Notes under the pieces: generated by a model | Told to the model about the DNA's origin: nothing | The model's database searches: none | Seen by the model: only the letters and a program-made list of their open reading frames with translations | Made by a program: the position numbers and the translations under genes | Source: Tricharina praecox | Lineage: Eukaryota | Direction: 5' to 3' | DNA: 64,000 nt | Assembly: GCF_024521635.1 (NCBI RefSeq) | Contig: NW_026250409.1 | Location: 62,001-126,000 of the forward strand | Shown here: one piece after another, positions 1-11,045 of the stretch | Layout: each line of letters begins with the position of its first letter | How positions within the stretch are numbered: position 1 is the first letter of the stretch

Positions 1-51
1 CATAGTCTAGATAGGCTGCATGCTAAATAAACTGGAGATCTCTCTCTCTAC
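1..51 (+). repeat. Copy 1 of a short dispersed element (GATAGGCTGCATGCKAAATAAA...(CT)n)
   Basis: catagtctagataggctgcatgctaaataaactggagatctctctctctac is near-identical to 9149-9203 and matches 31091-31138 on the minus strand. Confidence 0.85.
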
Positions 52-1810
52 CCTTACTGTCAACATCAGCCGCGGCCCCCGGGCCCGCACATCTCTATGG
101 TGAGATATATGAGGGATGGAAGAAGGTTGAGAGGAAGCGGAAAAGGAAAGGGAAATGTAAAGGGGAGGAGAGAGATGTGGGATTGGGAAGTGAGGGAAGC
201 CTCCCGTCGTGGGTTGATAATGCTCGTAGCAGGGGCGGCGTATTTGTGACCGTCTTCATTGGCGGAAGCAGGAACGCCAGGCCGCAAAAGGCACGCAACC
301 CCCATAGAAAGCAGTCGGAAGACTTCAAACGAAAGGACAGAGGGCAAGTGGGGAGAGCGGCCGAGTCAGTCTGTAGGAGGGAGGGAGGTGGGAGAGAGTG
401 GGTATGCAGGCCCATATGAGCCTTTACCGTGTATTTACATTGCTGGGACAGGTCAGGGCGGAGGGTAGGATACAATTAAGAAATATATATGGAAATGGAG
501 AGAGTGCGCTACCATTCAGCAATCGTCTACCTATTCTGGGGGTTCTCTGTGTATTACCATGGTGGACATGTATTGGAGCATCGTGCTCGTGGACAAAATG
601 CAAACCGAAGCGCATACTCAATCAACCGTGCTTATGAATATCCTGTCATCTCGCAAACCGAGTCTTTTTCGTCTTCATTGCCCACCCACTTTCAGGTCTG
701 CCGGATCCACCACCGCAGAGACTACTGTCAAATGAGCGTTCGGAGATGTGGCCGTCGGGTAGTGACGCCGGGGCGCCGCTGGACGCCGCCGCCGGACGAG
801 CGGCCACCAGAGGCAACGAACGGGTGTGTGTATAGATAGAGGCCTACCTCCGTGTGTATAGACAAGTCAAGTAAACCAGACGATATATTTGACAACTACG
901 AATGCCGAGCATGTGAATTGAGAGCGGTTAAGGAGCTATATTAGTAGCATACAAGTCCCTTCCCGCCCCGACGCAATTCCAAGCCTTGACTTTCCATTGA
1001 CCCTACTCTTTTCCTCGCTATGTACAATTCAACTTCACGCACACCGCGGCCCCAACGACCCATCATAATCCATTCCAAGCCAACGTTTCACGCATCGAGT
1101 CCGTACCCCTTGTAGACTCCAACACTGTGCGCACGGAGCCGCTGATGGTTGATAGGACCATGAGGGTGCTGAGGTAGATACGCATTACGGAGGAGGAGGG
1201 AGGAGGAGGGAGGAGGAGGAGGCCTAGAGGTAGCGCTCTATGGGCAATGAGTGGATGGAAGAATTTGATACATCCTATGGGGTAACAATGCCTCTTTATT
1301 GCTTACTTGGCCATCACTAAAGTAAATGCTTATATGTTAGCATGTTGAAATATACGGGTAGACAGATGATGATATTCTATTGGATACAGAAGACGAACCT
1401 ATCGTCTACGGCGCAGACCTCTATTTAAGACTGAGAGGCTACCAAAGGTTGGCCGCCGAACAAAGTTGGCCGCTTATCAGAGTCCGCCGGGCCCGCTCAT
1501 CAGAGTTCGCCGCCGCCGCGTAACCATATACTCGTCCATGGTTCATAGTGGCCGTCGAGACTCTTCCAGAGCCGAGACTCTTCCACCGCCAAACCTTAAC
1601 TCGTGGCGAGATCTCCGGGCGACTAAAGTTTGACATAGCATACACAAGGCATAGTACCGTACTTAGCTACAATGCGTAAATAAATACTACGTCATTATCA
1701 TCAACAAGATGTAAAACGGTCGGAAATCACAATCACGAAACGATTACAGCTCATGCGCGTCAATGCCCCTCGAGTCACCATTCACAATACGAATCAAAAA
1801 GAGGGTATTA

Positions 1811-2051
1811 AAACAAAAACATAAATCAAACAAAAACAAAAACAAAAACAAAAACAAAAACAAAAACAAAAACAAAAATAAAAACAAAAACAAAAACAAA
1901 AACAAAAACAAAAACAAAAACAAAAAACAAAAACAAAAACAAAAACAAAAAACAGAAAATAAAAACAAAAACAAAAACAAAAACAAAAACAAAAACAAAA
2001 ACAAAAACAAAAACAAAAACAAAAACAAAAACAAAAACAAAACAAAACAAA
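1811..2051. repeat. (CAAAAA)n microsatellite, ~40 units; (TTTTTG)n in the presumed 3' UTR of the 2102-5557 gene
   Basis: Directly visible; it generates the spurious KN/FL/FC/FV ORFs in the track. Confidence 0.97.
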
Positions 2052-2101
2052 GGATTCCGGAGCTCCTTACTCCCACCCCGAGTGGCCGGCCAGCTCACGG
2101 C

Positions 2102-5100
2102 TTACTCCTCAACGGAGCTGCCAGAGGATCCGGCCGAGTCACTCTCGCTCCCCTCCTCCTCGGCCTCTCCAGCCTCCTCGCCACCAGTCTCAGAGTGAGG
2201 ACCCAGGTCCACCCACTGCAGACGGAAGTCTGCAGCGGTGGACAGGAAGTCCTCACCCTGGCGATACGCGCGGGATACCCCGCCGACCCGGTGTTCGAGG
2301 ACTGAAGAGACCTCGCCCTCCGCCGACACCACCACGTACTGGTGGAGGCCGCGCTCCTCAAGAGGAATGCGCGCACCATCCACCAGGGGGACATACCCCA
2401 CTGGGCCCCCACGCTGGGGGGCCTCGGCCACGTGGTCGTGGTCATCGCGGTAGAGGATCTCCTCCTCTACCTCTGGGGCGAAACGGGTGGTGGGGACCAC
2501 CACCGACTCGTCAAAGTCGGAGAGGTCCGGCTCGCCACCCATCTCCCCCTGCTCCACCGGGGCCGCAAGGCCCTGCGAGGCACCTCCCACGGCACCAGCG
2601 GTTTTAGCCAAATCATCATGCTTCTGCTGAAGCATGTTTGGCTTCCGCCGCTGGTTAAAGTGAAGAAGGTATGCTTCTGCAACCTTCTTCCACTCCCGTG
2701 GGAGGCCCTCTGCATCGAAGGTGTCCCGGACGTAGCGGAGAATCCAGTCCTCCTGCTCGTCCGTGTACCTCCGCCGCGTGCCATCCTCAATTGAGGATTT
2801 GGCCTTTTTTGCGGCGGGGTACTCGACAGCGGAAGGCTCCCCAGCCATCCGCTTTTCCTTCCAGGGAACAGTGGTGGTGGCCACAGCCACGGCGCCCTTG
2901 CGCCTCTTGGGAGGAGTAAGGGTGGCCTCCTCCCCCTCCCCGTCCATGGCCTTAGCCGGACGCTTCCCCTTCGCCTTCTCCGAAAGGAGAGGCAGAATCT
3001 CCCCCCCGTCCTTGCTGTCCCCGGCCATAGCCGGGCGCTTGGAGGGGAGGGCCGCGTGTGGCCCCCCGGTGGCAACCGCGACCGCTTTCTTATTGAAAGG
3101 GTCGGGGTGTGAGCCAGCCAGATGGCTGAACTTCACCGAGAGCGAAGGAAGAGTCTTCGCTCTCGCCGGGCCGAACTTGCCATTGTAGGCGTTCGTAATC
3201 GCCGTCCACGGGCGACCCTTGGCTGAAGGGTAGTTGGTCTCAACATACTCCTTCAGCCAAGCCTCTTCGTCGCCCGTGTACGGCTTGGGCTTGACGTAGG
3301 CGCCCTTCTTGGGCGCGACGGGAGGGACAACGGGCGCACCCGCGCCAACCTCCCTCTCCTCATCAGAGGAGCTGCCCGAAGTGGCCTCGTCAGATCCCGC
3401 CTCGGCGGGAAGGGTGGCCACCTCGGCCGTGGCCTTCTGGCCACCCTTCAATTTCTTGGCCGCCGGGCCATCATCCTGCCCATTTTGGTGGGCGGGAGGG
3501 GCAGTGGCCTTCCGCTTCGTCCGTGTCGACACGGACTCGGCCACCGTGATGCCGTTCGCGTCTGCTTCGACTACAGGTGCTGCCCCCCTCTTCTTGGTGG
3601 CAGCTATCGTGGTGACCGGCTTCTCGGAGGCCGTCGTCTCTGCTCCTTTCGCCTTCTTGTTGGCCACAGGCCTCCGCCGAGTGTCTTCTCCTGCCGTCTT
3701 CTTGTTGTCCGCCACGTTGCCCTGAGCCTCTGATTTTTTCGCAACCTCGCTAGCCACCACAGCTTGGTTCGAATTGGTGTGAGCTGGAGTTGTCGCTGCA
3801 TCCTTACTTGTTGACTTGATGACTGCAGTCTTTCGCCGAGTCTCTACCCCTGCTGCCTTCTTGTTGACCACAGCCTTTAGCTGAGCCTCTGGTACTGTCG
3901 CAACCTCGCTAGCCACCACAGCTTGGTTCGAAGTAGTAATAGCAGAAGACGCCGCGTCATCCTCGCTTTTAGGCTGGTTGACCGTCGCCTTCTGCCGAGT
4001 CTTTCCGCCTTTGGTCTTCTTGTTGACTACAGCCTTTCGCTGAGCCTCGGATCCGTTCGCAACCGCGCTAGCCGCCACAGCTTGGTTCGAATTGCTGAGA
4101 GTTGGTGTTATCGCTGTATCCTCACTCGTAGACTGGTTGACCGAAGCCTTCCGCTGAGTCTTTCCTCCTTTGGTCTTCTTGTTGACTACAGCCTTTCGCT
4201 GAGCCTCCGATCCGTTCGCAACCGCGCTAACCGCCACAGCTTGGTTCGAATTGCTGAGAGTTGGTGTTATCGCTATATCCTTACTTGTTGACTTGATGAC
4301 TGCAGCCTTTCGCCGAGTCTCTGCTCCTGCCGCGTTCTTGTTGACCACGGCCTTTAGCTGAGCCTCTGGTACTGTCATAACCTCGCTAGCCGCCACAGCT
4401 TGGTTCGAATTGGTGTGAGCTGGAGTTGTCGCTGCATCCTTACTTGTTGACTTGATGACTGCAGTCTTTCGCCGAGTCTCTACCCCTGCTGCCTTCTTGT
4501 TGACCACAGCCTTTAGCTGAGCCTCCGATCCGTTCGCAACCGCGCTAGCCGCCACAGCTTGGTTCGAAGTAGTAATAGCAGGAGACGCCGCGTCATCCTC
4601 ACTCGTAGACTGGTTGACCGAAGCCTTCCGCTGAGTCTTTCCTCCTTTGGTCTTCTTGTTGACTACAGCCATTCGCTGAGCCTCGGATCCGTTCGCAACC
4701 TCGCTAGCCACCACAGCTTGGTTCGAAGTAGTAATAGCAGAAGACGCCGCGTCATCCTCGCTTTTAGGCTGGTTGACCGTCGCCTTCTGCCGAGTCTTTC
4801 CGCCTTTGGTCTTCTTGTTGACTACAGCCTTTCGCTGAGCCTCGGATCCGTTCGCAACCGCGCTAGCCGCCACAGCTTGGTTCGAATTGCTGAGAGTTGG
4901 TGTTATCGCTGTATCCTCACTCGTAGACTGGTTGACCGAAGCCTTCCGCTGAGTCTTTCCTCCTTTGGTCTTCTTGTTGACTACAGCCTTTCGCTGAGCC
5001 TCCGATCCGTTCGCAACCGCGCTAGCCGCCACAGCTTGGTTCGAATTGCTGAGAGTTGGTGTTATCGCTATATCCTTACTTGTTGACTTGATGACTGCAG

Positions 5101-5557
5101 CCTTTCGCCGAGTCTCTGCTCCTGCCGCGTTCTTGTTGACCACGGCCTTTAGCTGAGCCTCTGGTACTGTCATAACCTCGCTAGCCGCCACAGCTTGGTT
5201 CGAATTAGTGTGAGCTGGAGTTGCCCCCATATCCTTGCTCGTTGACTTGATGACTGCAGCCTTTCGCTGAGTCTCTACCCCTACCGCCTTCTTGTTGACC
5301 ACAGCCTTTAGCTGGGCCTCAGATCCTTTCGCAACCTTGCTAACCGCCGCAGCTTGGTTCGAGATGGTTAGAGTAGGAGGCGTTGCCCCATCCTTACTCG
5401 TTGTTGTGTCTGTGCTGGTAGTCGATTGTCCAACATTGGTATCTGATGTGTTGAGCGCAGTATTGACTCCGCCGACTCTGGCAATTGCCTTGTCTTTGGC
5501 TGCTCTCTTCCTGGGTGACCGAGGCGGAAGTTTGTCTGGGATCTTCTTGGGTGCCAT
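2102..5557 (-). CDS. Orphan 1151-aa protein: Ala/Lys/Thr-rich 53-aa tandem repeats followed by two Myb/SANT-like domains
   Basis: Long uninterrupted ORF. Motifs YTGDEEAWLKEYV...W..ITNAYN..F and YTDEQEDWILRYV...W.KVAEAY...F...R have Myb-like aromatic spacing. Confidence 0.75.
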   Translation of the reverse strand: MAPKKIPDKLPPRSPRKRAAKDKAIARVGGVNTALNTSDTNVGQSTTSTDTTTSKDGATPPTLTISNQAAAVSKVAKGSEAQLKAVVNKKAVGVETQRKAAVIKSTSKDMGATPAHTNSNQAVAASEVMTVPEAQLKAVVNKNAAGAETRRKAAVIKSTSKDIAITPTLSNSNQAVAASAVANGSEAQRKAVVNKKTKGGKTQRKASVNQSTSEDTAITPTLSNSNQAVAASAVANGSEAQRKAVVNKKTKGGKTRQKATVNQPKSEDDAASSAITTSNQAVVASEVANGSEAQRMAVVNKKTKGGKTQRKASVNQSTSEDDAASPAITTSNQAVAASAVANGSEAQLKAVVNKKAAGVETRRKTAVIKSTSKDAATTPAHTNSNQAVAASEVMTVPEAQLKAVVNKNAAGAETRRKAAVIKSTSKDIAITPTLSNSNQAVAVSAVANGSEAQRKAVVNKKTKGGKTQRKASVNQSTSEDTAITPTLSNSNQAVAASAVANGSEAQRKAVVNKKTKGGKTRQKATVNQPKSEDDAASSAITTSNQAVVASEVATVPEAQLKAVVNKKAAGVETRRKTAVIKSTSKDAATTPAHTNSNQAVVASEVAKKSEAQGNVADNKKTAGEDTRRRPVANKKAKGAETTASEKPVTTIAATKKRGAAPVVEADANGITVAESVSTRTKRKATAPPAHQNGQDDGPAAKKLKGGQKATAEVATLPAEAGSDEATSGSSSDEEREVGAGAPVVPPVAPKKGAYVKPKPYTGDEEAWLKEYVETNYPSAKGRPWTAITNAYNGKFGPARAKTLPSLSVKFSHLAGSHPDPFNKKAVAVATGGPHAALPSKRPAMAGDSKDGGEILPLLSEKAKGKRPAKAMDGEGEEATLTPPKRRKGAVAVATTTVPWKEKRMAGEPSAVEYPAAKKAKSSIEDGTRRRYTDEQEDWILRYVRDTFDAEGLPREWKKVAEAYLLHFNQRRKPNMLQQKHDDLAKTAGAVGGASQGLAAPVEQGEMGGEPDLSDFDESVVVPTTRFAPEVEEEILYRDDHDHVAEAPQRGGPVGYVPLVDGARIPLEERGLHQYVVVSAEGEVSSVLEHRVGGVSRAYRQGEDFLSTAADFRLQWVDLGPHSETGGEEAGEAEEEGSESDSAGSSGSSVEE
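3650..5400. repeat. Coding minisatellite, 159-bp (53-aa) unit x ~11 with a 795-bp higher-order duplication
   Basis: 11 SNQA-containing units in the translation; an identical block recurs at 4261 and 5056 (offset 795 = 5 x 159). Confidence 0.92.
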
Positions 5558-5610
5558 AGTTTTCTAATGTAGGGCACAAACTACGCTGAGTATGAAGTGC
5601 TGAACTTTAA

Positions 5611-6185
5611 TCGAGCTGTAGTGAGCGAGGAGTGCGTTAGCAGACTGCATAGAAGTGGAATAGTTGGATGAGAAGATTGTATGTTGCTGATCATAGAAGA
5701 ATTGTGAAGGAAGGGGTGAAGATAACTTACAATGTAGCAGAGCGAAAGCTTTGATCTTAGATGCAAATTATTCGTAGATGCAAATGATTTGTGGTTGCAA
5801 ATGCTTCGTGGATATCCAAACAATGTCGAGCTACAGTGAGTGAAGAATGTAATTAGTGGACTGTAGAAACATATAAGTGGATCACCCAGTGAGGAATATT
5901 GTATGTTGTTGATGGTGATGGACGAATTGTGATGGAATGGGGGTGAGAATAACTTAAAAAGTCGCAGAGCGAACGCTTTGGCTGTAGATGCAAATGCTTC
6001 GTGGATATGCTAGAAGTTGTCGAGCTATAGTTAGTGAAGAATGTAATTAGTAGACTGTAGAAACATAGAAGTGGAACACCCAGCCGGGAGTATTGTATGT
6101 TGTTGATGATGATAGATGAATTGTGAAGGAAAGAGGGAGAGGATAACTTACAAAGTCGCAGAGCGAAAGCTTTGATTGTAGATGC
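5611..6185 (-). repeat. Three diverged ~194-215 bp tandem units, each containing an intron-like segment, upstream of the 5557 ATG
   Basis: Anchors tcgagct(g/a)(t/c)ag at 5611/5826/6020 and ataactta near 5722/5949/6143. Minus-strand branch and acceptor signals are present in all three units. Confidence 0.85.
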
Positions 6186-7140
6186 TTGGATGCTACAAAT
6201 GGTTGAGGATGTAAGAGGAAGGAGGAAGGAGGAAGGCGGAAGGAAGGAAGGAAGGAAGCAGAGGGGTAGAGGAAGGAGACTGAGGATTGTTTCTGGGCCC
6301 GATGCCAAGACAGTAAAGTGGTGGGTGAGTAGGGCTTGTTTTTAGGGTAGGGCTGGTGATAAAGGGTATGGCTAGTGATAAAGGGCTAGTGATGAGCGCC
6401 TCGTGAAAACGTTGGGTGGAGCGGCGAAATTGAAGGCATATCGCCTAGTCACATATCACTCGACTACTCCTAACCATACGGCGTGTTCACCAGACAGCGA
6501 TGTCGCTACACCCTTTGTGTGCAATGCGGTACCTCAGTGCTTCGTCAGGACGATGCTCCGCCACAGCGAAAATTGAAATATTTAGAGATATCGAGTCATG
6601 GGTTGTGCACGAATGCACGTCATGTCGAGTGCGACACCGCAACACATATTCTCGCAGCAGCGAATGGTCACCCGAGCACTCTTTCCTGAAGATTGTCGTG
6701 AATCCGATCCCCGAATTCCCGGCCGCCCTGGCCGCATGCAGTACTGGTCAGTACCGCTCCCGGCGGTGGGGCGATTGCGATATCACTCGGTACAAAGCAG
6801 TACTGAGCGCTACCTGACTGTACCACTCACATGTTTGCTGACAGTCACGGCCGCAAGTAACACACGGCGATAGTCCTCTACTGTGTGTCCGGTACCAGAC
6901 AGTACGGTTGTCTAACAGCAGAAATGCAGCGGTACCGGCCAGTACTACCTATCAATACAGCGCAGTAAGATGTGAGCAGGGCGCGGCCTTGCTGATTAGG
7001 ACCTGATAAGGTCCAGGGTGCGTGTTCGCGCCCTGCACCTAACCAGGTCGTGAATACGCCCGCCATAGGTGGCCTGCTCTCCGACGTGACTTTTTGTGCA
7101 AATCGATCAGCCAGCCAAGGGACTTCTATTGAACCGCAGC

Positions 7141-7311
7141 AAAAGAGCGTCCTCCCCAAGGTTGTAGCCTTGTACAGCCGATAGACCTTATCACCACCTG
7201 GGAAATTCGCTACCACTGAGCCATGACCACTGCCTGGTGTTTTTGCTGATGGCAAAAATATGAACCCGCGAGGCATGCACCGATAACCCACCACACGTGA
7301 ACAATGTAATT
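7141..7311 (+). repeat. Dispersed repeat copy A (homologous to 40709-40983); possible TE relic
   Basis: Shared colinear blocks aaaagagcgtcctcccc, tagccttgtacagcc, cacctgggaaattcgctaccact, tgaacccgcg, aatgtaatt. Confidence 0.85.
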
Positions 7312-9148
7312 ACATAACTCAAAAGATTGCATATACATGGCGATTTCTGCTTGCCTTGCCTGGAAAAGCTACTTGTCTTAGATATATCCGAATACTTGTC
7401 AAGTGGTCCTGGCCAGGACAAAAGCCGAGGAGAACCGCTTTACAAGTTACAACTACCTATGGAGCTCGCCGCCGGGTTCGCCGGCATAGTTAGGTAGATA
7501 TACTCGAAACTCACCGACACCTACAAAGCTGCACCTGCCGCCATCGTTGGGATCTGAGACGCTCTCGCTCTCTCTCTCAAACCGATTGTCACTCGCCGAG
7601 CCGAGCCGCGAGCACAATACCTAACTCTGGATGCTCCGTGCGGCCAACAGGTGCCGCTGCGTGGACCCTGGATGCGGGATATGTGCGGATGGAGTGTGAA
7701 TGGGTCAAACGCGAGCACTACGAGCACTACGAGGTAGTCAGATGCGGAAGACGACGAGGACGAGGAACAAGATTTGCAGGATACGTTGGAAGAGTTCTAG
7801 TCTGTCATCTTGGGTCTACGACTCTATGGTCTGCTGGTGGACATTCTCGTTGAAACATTTCATGTGTTGATGCTGGCCGAGGGAGATCGTGGGGGAAGGG
7901 AGGGAGGTCGAGGGATTGTGAAGTGTGAAGGCTCTGGGAATGAAAATGTATGGTGGAAAAGTGGGGCAGGAGCAGTACCTACAGGAGGGGGTCGTCGGCG
8001 GGGATATAGGGCCAGGTGTAATAGGCCTTCTTGCTTACCATTCCCCTCATCGCTCCAATTGGTATTCACAAGAACGAAGATAGAAATAAACTCCAACTGC
8101 ACAGCCAGCCACTCCGCCGAATCGTTCAATCGTATTCCGTAATGGTGCCCGATTTCTGCATCTCACACCCTCATTCCACCGTACCCCCTTCCATACTGTC
8201 TCCAAGCTGGACGGGCACAGCAGCTCGCGCCGGTATACCCGAAATCCGTCAGCAAACCGGACATTTCAGCGACCGTCGAGGACCATATCAGCTGGCCTGG
8301 TTCACCACGACTTGTCGATGACTGCTTTTGACGGAGAACAGTGCACGCAACGAACATTGGCGACTGCTGAAGTCTGAGTGTCCGTTGGGTGAATTCTGGC
8401 GGTTCTTCGGAGTATAGTAGCATGTAACCGCTGGGCCTATGTGGCAGTCTGGACAGCCATCACTTTCGGATGCGTATCTACTGGACGGTCGTCGGCCGGC
8501 TTGCATCCATGAGCATCGAGAACCATTCCAGCAGGCCGTCCTCAAGAAAAGTCGAATCCGGAAGGGTCGAGACGGACTACTGAGAAGTCTGGTTGAGCTG
8601 TTCAACTTCGATGTGAGTGTTGCCTCACTGGGGAGACTTCCTCTGAAACAAAACAGGTGTTGTCCCGGTAGTTCGCTGGTTACCGATCGGACGAAGGAAA
8701 TAATCCGCCGGCACTTCAACAGATGAAACAGAGTGAGCGATGGTGGGGATTTCTCCGAATCGATCTTGAGATGGGGGGGCACCGAGTGATGCCGGACATT
8801 TCATATTCTGGAGTGTTTTGGTCGACCGAGTGCTTGGCTGGAGATGCAGTGCTCAGAACCCGCTTTACGATCTGCGCCCGGTGCGAGGAAGTAGGAGATG
8901 AGGATATGCGGTGATATCTTCTTGGAGACGAAAGACGGAAGACGGGGGGAAGAGGCGAGGGGCAGCAGGAGGAGCGGGCATGTAGGCCCATACCGGTCTT
9001 TCCTGTCAATCTGCTTTCTACTTTTTGCTTGTGTCGGCCCGAGGCGGATGGGCGGGGGGGGAAATGGGGCGCCGCATCGAGCTGGCCGGCACCGGAACTT
9101 TCACCTCGACCGGCCAGGGTGGGCAGGCAAAGGGGTTTTTTGGTTCGC

Positions 9149-9203
9149 CATAGTCTAGATAGGCTGCATGCGAAATAAACTGGAGACCTTTCTCTCTCTC
9201 TCT
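9149..9203 (+). repeat. Copy 2 of the short dispersed element
   Basis: catagtctagataggctgcatgcgaaataaactggagacctttctctctctctc. Confidence 0.85.
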
Positions 9204-9453
9204 GAACCCGCTTCACGAATCGCCTCTCTGTGCTGGAGTGCGGCTAATCGGTGCTGTGGATAACTAGCGCATATTAAACGCTGGGACTCACATCTACGCA
9301 GCGCTCATCACTCTCCAGACCACCCCTCCGCCAAGCCTGGTCCCACTTCTGATCCCTGTTGGCTTGGTCAAAATCTTTCTCAACTTCTTTCCGCAGCTCC
9401 CGTTCTCCTCCCGCTGTTTCGCATCACCAATCCCGCCTCAGTATCCACGAACA

Positions 9454-11045
9454 ATGGCTTCCTGGAGGTCCTCCTTCGCGCCTCTGGTGCGGAGTCTCGT
9501 CCGACTTCCCGAGACATGCATCGCAAAACAGACAAACCTCAAAGCCGCTTGGGCTCTCCCATGCCGGTCCACTACGCCTTCGATCCGGTCGATGGCAACC
9601 TACGAACGGAAAAAGCCCCATGTGAACATCGGTATGCCCGTCCCGATCCTGCAGTCGCGGAATTGAGTTCTGATTGCTTTCCGCAGGAACCATTGGCCAC
9701 GTTGATCACGGAAAGGTTCACCTGGACATCCCTTCCGCCGGAGTTGTGGATCATCCGGGAGTTATATTGTGTACTAACAACCGTGATAGACTACACTGAC
9801 TGCAGCTATCACCAAGAACCAGGCCAAGAAGGGTTTTGCCAACTTTGTCGACTACTCGTCCATCGACAAGGCTCCCGAGGAGAAGGCCCGTGGTATCACC
9901 ATCTCGACCGCCCATATTGAATATGAAACCGAAAACCGTCACTACTCCCACGTCGATTGTCCTGGTCACGCCGATTACATCAAGAACATGATTACTGGTG
10001 CCGCCTCCATGGATGGTGCTATCATTGTCGTTGCTGCTTCCGATGGTCAAATGTTGGACCCCGCCGATCGACACCCCCGCACCGGTAGCGATATGCTAAC
10101 TTGGCGACCACCAGGCCCCAAACCCGTGAACATCTGCTCCTTGCCCGTCAAGTCGGTGTCGACCGCATCGTCGTCTTCATCAACAAGGTTGATGCTATCG
10201 ATGACCCCGAGATGTTGGAACTCGTTGAGATGGAAATGCGCGACCTCCTGACCCACTACGGTTTCGACGGTGACAACACCCCGATCATCATGGGATCTGC
10301 TCTCTGTGGTCTTGAGGACCGCCGTCCCGAGCTCGGTTCCCAGAAGATTGACGAACTCCTCCTCGCCGTTGACGAATGGATTCCTACCCCCGCCCGTGAC
10401 CTCGAGAAGCCTTTCCTGATGCCCATTGAAGGTTTGTTTCCGATCCCAACTCACATTCCCCCCAACTTTTGCTAACGGAGGAATCGAAAAGACGTTTTCT
10501 CTATCGCTGGTCGTGGTACCGTCGCTACCGGACGTGTCGAGCGTGGACTCCTCAAGAAGGGAGATGAGATCGAGCTTGTCGGATTCAACAAGGAGCCCAT
10601 CAAGACCATCGTGACCGGTATCGAGACCTTCAAGAAGGACCTCGACTCCGCCCAGGCCGGAGACAACTGCGGTATCCTCCTCCGCAGTGTCAAGCGCGAG
10701 CAGGTTCGCCGCGGCATGGTCATGGTCCGCCCCGGTACTACGCGCGCGCACACCAAGTTCCTCGTCTCCACTTACATCCTCACCAAGGAGGAGGGTGGAC
10801 GTCATACCGGATTCCACGGCAACTACCGCCCCCAGATGTTCCTGCGCACTTCGGATGTCTCTTGCACGCTTAACTTTGTCGAGGGAACCGAGGACGCTAG
10901 CTCCAAGATCGTCATGCCCGGTGACAACATCGAGATGGAGGCGTCCATCCTGCACCCCATGGCCGTCGAGCAGGGACAGCGCTTCAACCTCCGTGAGGGT
11001 GGCCGCACCGTCGCTACTGGTCTTGTCACCCGTATCATCGAGTAA
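9454..11045 (+). CDS. TUF1: Mitochondrial translation elongation factor Tu (5 exons; introns 9632-9686, 9716-9789, 10053-10114, 10432-10491)
   Basis: [42 protein letters not shown]-terminal [10 protein letters not shown]; Arg/Ser-rich presequence. Confidence 0.97.

Noticed and set aside
1744..2305. ORFs with KN/FL/FC/FV dipeptide runs
   Set aside because: Translations of the (CAAAAA)n microsatellite
3650..5400. Kex2-processed repeat peptide (RiPP/KEP) precursor or CRISPR-like array
   Set aside because: No signal peptide, no adjacent tailoring genes and no unique spacers; it is a coding minisatellite in a probable nuclear protein
7198..7348. GGGAAATTCG...GCGATTTC resembling the RNase P RNA P4 helix
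   Set aside because: Spacing is short, other conserved regions are not evident, and the sequence belongs to a decaying dispersed repeat
8163..9216. Short overlapping ORFs upstream of TUF1
   Set aside because: No recognisable motif or consistent exon structure
10047..10955. Long antisense ORFs over TUF1 (also over INO80 and PDX1)
   Set aside because: Shadow frames caused by strong codon bias on the coding strand
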